From the IMG/VR virus record IMGVR_UViG_2541047896_000001, positions 1 to 8,206 of that record: a stretch of 8,206 bases of DNA. One strand, given 5' to 3'. Shown one piece after another: positions 1 to 6,125 of the stretch. Below the pieces are notes generated by a model, which worked only from the letters and a program-made list of their open reading frames with translations, ran no database searches and was not told the origin of the DNA. A program made the position numbers and the translations under genes. Position 1 is the stretch's first letter. Each line of letters opens with the position of its first letter. The stretch is from a virus (taxonomy: Monodnaviria; Loebvirae; Hofneiviricota; Faserviricetes; Tubulavirales; Inoviridae).

Positions 1-1035
1 TCATCGTATCGCCCCTGAATAAACCGTCACCGTTTCTCCGTCGATTTCACCCGTCATCATCATGCCGTCAAAGCTGAACTGAGAAGCCGGCTCTATACGC
101 AGCCTCCCGGACGTGTCAGCCACGACAACCCACGCCTGACCATCGCGTTTAAGCCGTCCGGCAAGCCGCCATTTGTCCGAGACAACGGGCTTAACTGGCG
201 CAGCAGGAACTGAAACCACAGTGTTATTTCCGGCGGGTAAAACTTTTGTCTGCTGTTCAGGCTCTGAACTACCGTTTGACGTGAAAAACCAGAACAGATA
301 AAAAATGGCAATTACCGCCAGAATCAGTAACCCGGCGGCTTTAAACCACAGCATTTTAGAACTGAAAATATTCTGGCGTTTATCAGTGACAAGCTCCCTT
401 CCCTGCCCGTTCTCATGGGATTTATATAAAGGAAATATCGCCTTGTCATATTTATTCTGATAACTGTTCGTCAGATTCGACTTAAACAGCTTGATGCCCG
501 TAAATACGTCAACCCGGTAACGGTTATGCAGCCCCAGCGCCACATGCTTACTCATGCGATACGTGGTTTCCACCCGGTCTTTGATGAATCGCGGAAGGTT
601 GGCAACAGACTGATTCATAACCACTAAATCGCAGGTCACGCCTGTCTTTTCATCAGCGAAATGACGATGTTCTGCAATGAAAGAGCGATGATTTGTGGGG
701 ATTCCTTTATCGCTCTCCCATATGCGCCATGCTTCATCAATACAGATTAAATCCCCCGGACGGCAGAACGTATCATCCGCAATGCCTGAATCCGTTTTGT
801 AGGGAAAGAAATTATCGTTCTGAACGTCTTCATTCTGAACAAGTAAAATTTCACCAAGTGATTCCCTGTCTGCCTTTTTAATATCAACGCAGTAATCATA
901 AATACTTTGCGTGGCAAGGCCGTAAATATTACTGACAATGCGACGCCCAGCGATACAGGCGGGAATAATGACGCTTGCCACCACTTCGTAAGATTTACCG
1001 CTTCCGGGAATGCCCACATACGCAGAAATAGCCAT
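1..1035 (-). CDS. Filamentous phage assembly protein pI / zonula occludens toxin (Zot) family ATPase
   Basis: ATG at 1035-1033, TAA at 3-1, 344 aa. N-terminal Walker A GIPGSGKS (aa 8-15) and Walker B-like LICIDEAW (aa 96-103); single hydrophobic segment LLILAVIAIFYLFWFF (about aa 236-251) followed by a C-terminal domain of about 90 aa. This domain layout and the last position in the morphogenesis block match pI/Zot. Confidence 0.85.
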   Translation of the reverse strand: MAISAYVGIPGSGKSYEVVASVIIPACIAGRRIVSNIYGLATQSIYDYCVDIKKADRESLGEILLVQNEDVQNDNFFPYKTDSGIADDTFCRPGDLICIDEAWRIWESDKGIPTNHRSFIAEHRHFADEKTGVTCDLVVMNQSVANLPRFIKDRVETTYRMSKHVALGLHNRYRVDVFTGIKLFKSNLTNSYQNKYDKAIFPLYKSHENGQGRELVTDKRQNIFSSKMLWFKAAGLLILAVIAIFYLFWFFTSNGSSEPEQQTKVLPAGNNTVVSVPAAPVKPVVSDKWRLAGRLKRDGQAWVVVADTSGRLRIEPASQFSFDGMMMTGEIDGETVTVYSGAIR

Positions 1036-1038
1036 AAA

Positions 1039-1326
1039 TTAACCAATCAAAGGAATGCGACGAATAATAAAGCGAGTTAACAATGCTGAAAACATCAGTT
1101 TAATCCCTTCCGTGACCATAAACAGATTCACGAAATACCATACGCTGTCCGGCAATGACGAAAATAACCCGGCAATATCAACAGACTTAGGCAGCAGTGA
1201 CGCCAGAACCGGAACAAACGCCTGTACGACAAAGTACAGGCCAAAAAACAGAATAAATTTGACAACCACCGTTCGCAGCACAAAACCCAGCGCCACGTTA
1301 AAGGCTGAAACCAGAATACCAAACAT
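1039..1326 (-). CDS. Minor coat protein pVI-like (Ace position in CTXphi), small hydrophobic protein
   Basis: 95-aa ORF, ATG at 1326-1324 preceded by GGAGG on the minus strand, TAA at 1041-1039 only 3 nt before the pI ATG. Strongly hydrophobic with multiple predicted membrane spans. Its position between pIII and pI is that of gene VI. Assignment is by position and composition, not demonstrated homology. Confidence 0.65.
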   Translation of the reverse strand: MFGILVSAFNVALGFVLRTVVVKFILFFGLYFVVQAFVPVLASLLPKSVDIAGLFSSLPDSVWYFVNLFMVTEGIKLMFSALLTRFIIRRIPLIG

Positions 1327-1336
1327 AACGCCTCCG

Positions 1337-3220
1337 TCACGCAGTCAGAATGATACGCAGCGAAATAATGCCCCAGATAAGCAGGAATACCGCTTTCAGA
1401 AGTGGCCTGATTTTTTCCAGAAGCTCGCAGTGAGAATCAATGGAATATTTATTGTCCCAGAGTTCGAACGACCATACCGGACACTGAACATCCTTCGATG
1501 AAATAATCAGATTTTTAATGTCCGGCATTAATTCCGTAATTGGCTTTAGAATTTCCTCACCTGTAGGCGGTTTTTCAAGTTCCGGCGCTTTAATGCCGGG
1601 GTCTTCGCCTAAATCAACAGAAGTATCGGTATCTGTGCCTGTACCAGGGTGTACACCTGTATCCGTTCCCGCACCGGGTCTGGCATTAACCCACGACTGA
1701 GGAACGACAACCGGACTATAAAGCAAGCCCTTATCAAGTTTTACGCCAACAGCATTAGCCGCAGCCGTCAGTTCAGCCGCCGTAAAAGGTTTATCAAGCG
1801 GTATCCCCTGATATCCTTCCTGAACAACAGTCTGACCTGCAAGGCCATTAATAAGATTAACCAGCGCAGCCGGGTTTAACTGTTCTTCCGGCTTGAAATC
1901 TATATTATCAATAACCTCGCCATTAATTACCTGAGGTAAAGTTGATGTATCAAATTCTGTATTAAAAAATATCTGGTCTTTAACATCCTGAACATCATTC
2001 GTCGTTTTATACACGGCCTTCTCAGGGTGGCAAATACTTTTCCACTGCGTTTTGGGATTATCAGCCGTACTGCCCGGCGCAGGTACTTTCTCGCTTTTAC
2101 ATAAATCCCATGAATTTTCAAGCGTAACCGTTGTTGTCGCAACAGATAAAACAACAGTTACAATCGATGAATATCCACCAAAATAAGGATTCGGCTTTTC
2201 ATACTGAAAGTCTTTAACGGAAACCGAATAAACCTTAAAATTTCTTGGCATCCTGATATGTAAGTTATTGTCGTCAGAAGCCTCATGATAAGTCACATTG
2301 GAATGAGAATAACCATTAATCGACTTATAAAGCGCAATCATTACCGGATTATCACTGACAAGTACAGCATCGCCCTTTGCATCCCTGATATCAGTCGAAT
2401 AAGGATATTTAGTACCCTTTACTGACACACGATATACATCATTCGGAAATGGCTGGCTTATCGGCGGTGGTGCATCAATATTGTAATAGGTTGGCGCAAT
2501 CTGAACAGGTTTAACCTGCTGATTATAAGGGTTTATCGAATCCTGAATATTCTTCGCAGAAAAGCCAGTAGCATCAGAGGGCAAATAAACAGCAACAGGG
2601 CTTTTAGGTGAAGGTGCAACAGAAGAAGTAACAGTAGCGCCATTGGACAAATTAAGTAAATAAGTTCCATCATCCTGTTTTATTCCACTTGTAATATATT
2701 CAACAGCTTTTGCGCCCTGCTTTAAAGCAAGGTCAGCAACGGAAATAACACCCGCAGCCTGCCCCAACAATCCCCATGTTGTCTGTCCGGCAGCCATCAT
2801 ATTACTGCCAAAACTTGAAATACCCGTAGATATCGAATCGTCAATTGTATGCTTCGCAAGGCCATAAGCAGCCGCGAAAACTGACGTTCCGGTGCAAAGC
2901 TGAGGGTTACCCACTTTCTCGCCACACATGCGGATTGAATCAAAAACGTCAGGACGTTCGCGTATAACCTCCGCAGCGACAGCGATACCCGCGCCCATAC
3001 CGAGAGAACTGGCACCCGTTGCGAACACACGCCCCGCAGATTGAGAAACAACCTGAGCTTCACGGGTTTCAACCATTTGCTGAATTACACGTCCAAATCC
3101 GTCTGCTGTTACTGCATCAGCATGTACACCGGATGAAACCAGTAAGGACAATATAGTAATACCTAACTTTCCAGACCCTGAATGACCGCCCAGGCGCATA
3201 AAAGCCCCCATAAAAAACAC
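1337..3220 (-). CDS. Adsorption / minor coat protein pIII-like (receptor-binding, virion-tip protein)
   Basis: Long ORF, 627 aa from GTG at 3220-3218. In-frame ATGs at 3211-3209 and 3199-3197, the latter preceded by a GGGGG run, are more likely starts. N-terminal signal-peptide-like stretch KLGITILSLLVSSGVHA then DAVTADG; Gly/Thr/Asp-rich linker GAGTDTGVHPGTGTDTDTSVDLGEDPG; C-terminal hydrophobic anchor LLKAVFLLIWGIISLRIILTA. Lies between pVIII and pVI as gene III does. Confidence 0.7.
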   Translation of the reverse strand: MFFMGAFMRLGGHSGSGKLGITILSLLVSSGVHADAVTADGFGRVIQQMVETREAQVVSQSAGRVFATGASSLGMGAGIAVAAEVIRERPDVFDSIRMCGEKVGNPQLCTGTSVFAAAYGLAKHTIDDSISTGISSFGSNMMAAGQTTWGLLGQAAGVISVADLALKQGAKAVEYITSGIKQDDGTYLLNLSNGATVTSSVAPSPKSPVAVYLPSDATGFSAKNIQDSINPYNQQVKPVQIAPTYYNIDAPPPISQPFPNDVYRVSVKGTKYPYSTDIRDAKGDAVLVSDNPVMIALYKSINGYSHSNVTYHEASDDNNLHIRMPRNFKVYSVSVKDFQYEKPNPYFGGYSSIVTVVLSVATTTVTLENSWDLCKSEKVPAPGSTADNPKTQWKSICHPEKAVYKTTNDVQDVKDQIFFNTEFDTSTLPQVINGEVIDNIDFKPEEQLNPAALVNLINGLAGQTVVQEGYQGIPLDKPFTAAELTAAANAVGVKLDKGLLYSPVVVPQSWVNARPGAGTDTGVHPGTGTDTDTSVDLGEDPGIKAPELEKPPTGEEILKPITELMPDIKNLIISSKDVQCPVWSFELWDNKYSIDSHCELLEKIRPLLKAVFLLIWGIISLRIILTA

Positions 3221-3243
3221 ATAAAATCAAAAAGATATTGAGC

Positions 3244-3273
3244 CATAAATATAAAGGGGCTGTTACGCCCCTT
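3244..3273 (-). terminator. Rho-independent terminator/attenuator downstream of the major coat gene
   Basis: On the minus strand directly after the pVIII stop: 7-bp stem AAGGGGC / GCCCCTT (3267-3273 pairing with 3254-3260), 6-nt loop, followed by TATATTTAT (3253-3244). Established knowledge: Ff phages carry a terminator after gene VIII that sets the pVIII:pIII ratio. Confidence 0.55.
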
Positions 3274-3284
3274 ACCTTTATGAA

Positions 3285-3533
3285 TTAAGCGCCACGAACC
3301 ATACGCAAAATCCAGCGGACACCCGCAGAACCTGCATACAGAACAATAAGAGAACCCGCTACCGCCATAATTCCGGTCAGGACGGAACCGAAATTAACGC
3401 TGTTAGTCAGCGGCGTAAGGTCAATACCTTTACCACCAACAACATCACCTTCAGCAGCAAATACAGCAGGTGCAGCAACAGCCAGAGTAAAAGCACCAAT
3501 ACGGGTTAAAACCTGTTTAGTCTTACCAAACAT
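3285..3533 (-). CDS. Major coat protein pVIII precursor
   Basis: 82-aa ORF, ATG at 3533-3531 preceded by AAGGAG on the minus strand. Signal peptide MFGKTKQVLTRIGAFTLAVAAPAVFA, then a mature peptide of about 56 aa with acidic N-terminus (AEGD), hydrophobic core (VLTGIMAVAGSLIVLYAG) and basic C-terminus (VRWILRMVRGA). This is the hallmark pVIII layout. Confidence 0.85.
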   Translation of the reverse strand: MFGKTKQVLTRIGAFTLAVAAPAVFAAEGDVVGGKGIDLTPLTNSVNFGSVLTGIMAVAGSLIVLYAGSAGVRWILRMVRGA

Positions 3534-3544
3534 AAAAACTCCTT

Positions 3545-3814
3545 TTATGCATTTCTTACGTGTTTAAGAATTTCACCTATTCCCTTTGCAAAGAGCCACA
3601 GGAAAAAGGTTGTCGTAAAAGCCAGCCCCCAGAATTGCGCCGCGACTGAATAATCAATATCGGGAACAGGCTTATCCTGAGAAACTACCGAAGACTGTAA
3701 TTTAACAACTTCTGACTTCGGTAATTTCAAAGTGACTTCATCGCATCCGTCAGGGCTGCCAAAGCTCATATTCGGATTGCAATATTTTGTCCTGATGATT
3801 ACCTCATCTGACAT
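3545..3814 (-). CDS. Small membrane-anchored protein of unknown function (gene VII/IX position)
   Basis: 89-aa ORF, ATG at 3814-3812 with AAGG-containing upstream sequence, TAA at 3547-3545. Soluble N-terminal part with two Cys (YCNPNMSFGSPDGCDE) and a C-terminal hydrophobic helix FWGLAFTTTFFLWLFAKGIG. Function inferred only from position. Confidence 0.5.
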   Translation of the reverse strand: MSDEVIIRTKYCNPNMSFGSPDGCDEVTLKLPKSEVVKLQSSVVSQDKPVPDIDYSVAAQFWGLAFTTTFFLWLFAKGIGEILKHVRNA

Positions 3815-3831
3815 AAAAGTATCGCCTTAAC

Positions 3832-4122
3832 TCATTCTAATAATTCAAGCAGCATATCAACGTTATACCCTTTAGACTGCTCACCTGTCTGCTTATCAGT
3901 GTATGGGAAACTCCGTTCATAACCAGTAATACGGCAATGTACGTCTGTAATTTCATCACCAATACGGCCTAATGGTTTCTTTGATTTAATACGAATGACA
4001 GGCGGAAAGCTATAAGCATCAGCCGCAGGAGAAACAATTGTTGTATAATAAAAACCGCCACTATTATTAAAGCGTTTAATCTTTCCGGTAACAGTAGTTT
4101 CTAAATTAAGTAAATTACTCAT
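3832..4122 (-). CDS. Candidate ssDNA-binding protein (pV / RstB position)
   Basis: 96-aa ORF, ATG at 4122-4120 preceded by AAGGTG on the minus strand, TGA at 3834-3832. Small, predicted beta-rich protein immediately downstream of rep, where inoviruses encode the ssDNA-binding protein. No motif-level proof of family. Confidence 0.45.
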   Translation of the reverse strand: MSNLLNLETTVTGKIKRFNNSGGFYYTTIVSPAADAYSFPPVIRIKSKKPLGRIGDEITDVHCRITGYERSFPYTDKQTGEQSKGYNVDMLLELLE

Positions 4123-4138
4123 AATAACACCTTATATT

Positions 4139-5254
4139 CTATGCAACTCGTAAATGAGACGGTTTTACATACCACGATGGAATAACACAATCAGAAACTT
4201 TAATCTCTCGCGTTTGCTTGACAACAACAGGAGAGAATTTCGAAACATTACATTTTTGCGCAATGTCAATACCAATCTTGCGGAGTCTTGCTCGATGAAT
4301 ACGCACTTGATTTTTACTTAAATCAAAAATATGACCATGAAACCATTGGATCGCATACATAGCTGTAGTATTAGCTGCCCGTGTAGTTTCAACTATTCCA
4401 CGGGTAATAAGATGTTCACTAATAGTTTCAAAATCCATAGCATTCACCGATAACTTTTCATCAAGAGCCAGAAAATCAGAATGTAACTTATTTAAGACAG
4501 AATAATCAGATAACCCCCAAAAACCTAGAGAGTGCTTTTGAATAAAACGAGACTTCAATTTTTGTTCAAATCTGACTATTCCATTTTCCTTACAATAATC
4601 AATCACACTAACAATATAATTAAACTCTTTTGACTGCTCAGAGAATTTATTTTTTATTTTTAATAAACTATGTAACTCAATCTCATGTGACTTATTATAT
4701 ACAGTCGGATAAATAAGATTAACATTCCCTTTTTTAGACAACCAGTCAACAGATTTACCGTTTGAATGCAACCGTGGGACACTATTCCTATAGGGTTGAG
4801 TCGAAAGCCCTGAAATATAATCATCCTCATTCCCTTTGCCAACAGATTTATTAGATGTTATATGAAGCTCTTTAATTAACGCCCCATCAGTTACCATATG
4901 GGCTTTTTCGGTTTCTTTAGACTGACCGGGCATTAATCGAGTGCATTTTGTGAAAACAGGCAATTTAAGATCAAGAAGGATCTTATTGAAAACCATAACG
5001 CAAGCATCAACAGTAGGTAAGCCAAATAAATTATCAAGCCGCCCCCACCGCGAGGGGTTGCCCGTCATTTTTAGAACAGATCCACGGATAGAGATAGAAA
5101 CGACATCACAGAAAGATCCCCGGTGCTGAAAAGTTGGCTGAGAAAGCGCACTAGCCTCACCACTTTCAAGATGAATACGCTGGTAAGCAACATCCGAGAG
5201 AATAGGAAGTTGAAAGCCGAAATCCTGTTCAATACTTAACCAGTCGAAGAACAT
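4139..5254 (-). CDS. Rolling-circle replication initiation protein (pII / RstA-like)
   Basis: 371-aa ORF, ATG at 5254-5252, TAG at 4141-4139. First gene of the minus-strand operon behind a near-consensus sigma70 promoter. The N-terminal region (VVSISIRGSVLKMTGNPSRWGRLDNLFG) resembles, from memory, the conserved N-terminal block of Ff pII (CVEIKASPAKVLQGHNVFG). Size and position fit RstA/pII. Confidence 0.75.
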   Translation of the reverse strand: MFFDWLSIEQDFGFQLPILSDVAYQRIHLESGEASALSQPTFQHRGSFCDVVSISIRGSVLKMTGNPSRWGRLDNLFGLPTVDACVMVFNKILLDLKLPVFTKCTRLMPGQSKETEKAHMVTDGALIKELHITSNKSVGKGNEDDYISGLSTQPYRNSVPRLHSNGKSVDWLSKKGNVNLIYPTVYNKSHEIELHSLLKIKNKFSEQSKEFNYIVSVIDYCKENGIVRFEQKLKSRFIQKHSLGFWGLSDYSVLNKLHSDFLALDEKLSVNAMDFETISEHLITRGIVETTRAANTTAMYAIQWFHGHIFDLSKNQVRIHRARLRKIGIDIAQKCNVSKFSPVVVKQTREIKVSDCVIPSWYVKPSHLRVA

Positions 5255-5377
5255 AGCGCCCTTTCTTAGATTCTCAGAAATTATTTCATGGTGCTTTTAT
5301 AAGACCTGAGAAACTAAGTGTCAACATTTCTAAGAATTTAGAGATATGATGCAAAGCTAGCAGAATGAGGAAAGAGC
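5255..5377. promoter_or_regulatory. Divergent promoter/operator region between rep (minus) and the small plus-strand ORF
   Basis: Minus-strand promoter for rep: -35 TTGACA (complement of 5319-5324), 17-nt spacer, -10 TATAAA (complement of 5296-5301). Repeated near-palindromic TTCT-N-AGAA motifs: ttcttagat 5264-5272, ttctcagaa 5271-5279, ctgagaa 5306-5312, ttctaagaa 5329-5337. These overlap or flank the promoter and are candidate operators. A possible plus-strand -10 TATGAT lies at 5345-5350. Confidence 0.55.
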
Positions 5378-5566
5378 ATGCCTACAAAGCACATAAACGA
5401 TGTTCAATGGAGAAAAATAGAGAAAGAAACCGTTAGAGCGGTATCAACCCTAGCTGTTCCAGTTAAAGATACCAAAATGCTCGAATGGATAATCGCCAAA
5501 GGGTTAGAGACGATCACAGAAGACGACTACCGCAAGTTCCTGAAGACAGAAAGCAAAAAAAAATAA
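5378..5566 (+). CDS. Small hypothetical protein, candidate phage regulator (RstR-like position)
   Basis: 62-aa ORF, ATG at 5378 with GAGG 7 nt upstream, transcribed divergently from rep as rstR is in CTXphi. Lys-rich C-terminus. No recognisable helix-turn-helix, so the regulator call rests on position only. Confidence 0.5.
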   Translation: MPTKHINDVQWRKIEKETVRAVSTLAVPVKDTKMLEWIIAKGLETITEDDYRKFLKTESKKK

Positions 5567-5758
5567 GCGAGCAGGGAAAAAATACGGGAAACCGTACTAA
5601 AGTTCGGGTGTCACAGAACCCCGAACCGCTTCGCGGCGAAAAAACGAACAACAGCAGAGCTTGCGAAATCGGAATTAAGATAAGCTGGACGTCAAACGAT
5701 TAAACAAAAATACGCCATTATGCAAAGATCAAATGACACACTCTAAAAGGTATAGGTA

Positions 5759-6025
5759 ATGAACAAAGACCAGATAATACAAGTACTTAATGAAACAGAG
5801 AATGACAGCCCCGTAGCAAGAGCAGAATTAGCAAGATTCCTCGTAAAAACAATCTACAATTTTGTAAAAATGGAGAGGCCAGAAGGTGAAGGTCTGGACG
5901 GACGTGATGGCCCAGAAAGGCGCAGCATGGGAAAAATTGTAGATGCGGCAGAAAACCACTACTTTAACATGATAAAAGAAAGCCATGAAAAACAGGGAAT
6001 TGGAAGAAAAAACCCTGAGGAATGA
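5759..6025 (+). CDS. Hypothetical protein, unknown function
   Basis: 88-aa ORF, ATG at 5759 with AAAGG 8 nt upstream, TGA at 6023-6025, immediately followed by the dif-like site and a hairpin with T-run. Charged, Glu/Lys/Arg-rich; no motif recognised. Confidence 0.45.
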   Translation: MNKDQIIQVLNETENDSPVARAELARFLVKTIYNFVKMERPEGEGLDGRDGPERRSMGKIVDAAENHYFNMIKESHEKQGIGRKNPEE

Positions 6026-6031
6026 CGCCCT

Positions 6032-6125
6032 AATGCGCATAATGACGTTATGCTAAAGAGGCCGCTGCGGGATTCTATTTTCGCAGCGGCCTTTTCAACA
6101 TAACGAGTCAAACATTATGCGCACC
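6032..6125. other. Xer-type attachment structure: two inverted dif-like sites separated by a GC-rich hairpin (attP-like / prophage-host junction)
   Basis: Site A, plus strand: 6032-6042 aatgcgcataa (9/11 to the dif XerC arm GGTGCGCATAA), 5-nt spacer, 6048-6058 ttatgctaaag (9/11 to the XerD arm TTATGTTAAAT). Site B, minus strand: complement of 6115-6125 = ggtgcgcataa (11/11), 11-nt spacer, complement of 6093-6103 = ttatgttgaaa (9/11). Perfect 11-bp inverted repeat 6034-6044 / 6113-6123 and 7-bp inverted repeat 6046-6052 / 6099-6105. The dif consensus is recalled from memory. Confidence 0.65.
6060..6095 (+). terminator. Rho-independent terminator-like hairpin at the apex of the attachment structure
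   Basis: 10-bp GC-rich stem GGCCGCTGCG (6060-6069) / CGCAGCGGCC (6082-6091), 12-nt loop, then TTTT (6092-6095), 35 nt downstream of the 88-aa ORF stop. It may serve both as a terminator and as the tip of the folded attP hairpin. Confidence 0.6.

Larger units (their letters stand above)
1..6125 (-). mobile_element. Filamentous (inovirus-type) prophage, partial: right-hand junction in window, remainder continues left of position 1
   Basis: Seen: seven co-directional minus-strand ORFs in the canonical inovirus order (rep, ssDNA-binding candidate, small membrane protein, pVIII, pIII, pVI, pI/Zot), closely spaced with Shine-Dalgarno-like sequences; divergent small ORFs at the rep-proximal end; dif-like sites at 6032-6125; this block looks more AT-rich than the region beyond 6126. 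Established knowledge: this is the Ff/CTXphi genome layout. Inference: integrated by Xer recombination; the left end is outside the window. Confidence 0.8.

Noticed and set aside
93-1046. Alternative-frame ORFs inside the pI gene (93-311 minus, 693-881 plus, 747-1046 minus)
   Set aside because: Fully embedded in or antisense to the pI/Zot ORF, which has clear Walker motifs; no independent support.
1055-1501. 148-aa plus-strand ORF overlapping the pVI/pIII junction
   Set aside because: Antisense to two well-supported minus-strand genes, low-complexity Thr/Asn/Arg-rich translation, no ribosome-binding site context; most likely a spurious frame.
1518-2154. Short ORFs inside the pIII gene (1518-1700 plus, 1649-1879 plus, 1927-2154 minus)
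   Set aside because: Overlap the long pIII ORF in other frames or on the opposite strand; Arg/Ser-rich low-complexity translations typical of off-frame noise.
4660-5129. ORFs 4660-4842 (minus) and 4941-5129 (plus) within rep
   Set aside because: Embedded in or antisense to the rep ORF; no start context; treated as artefacts.
5485-5703. 72-aa plus-strand ORF spanning the end of the 62-aa ORF and the structured intergenic region
   Set aside because: Out of frame with the better-supported 62-aa ORF, highly basic low-complexity translation, and it covers the hairpin cluster, which is more plausibly non-coding.
5828-6040. 70-aa minus-strand ORF antisense to the 88-aa ORF
   Set aside because: Phe-rich translation reflecting the complement of a Lys/Glu-rich gene; no start context; I keep the plus-strand ORF, though neither is proven.
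6060-6095. Hairpin as a simple terminator only
   Set aside because: Not rejected as a terminator, but its position exactly between the inverted dif-like sites means it is better read as part of the attachment structure; kept as a dual call.
6093-6125. Reading 6093-6125 as an intact host dif site
   Set aside because: Only the XerC arm matches dif perfectly; the spacer is 11 nt rather than 6 and the XerD arm is 9/11, so as duplex DNA this is not a canonical dif. It fits better as the phage attP half-site fused to the host XerC arm.
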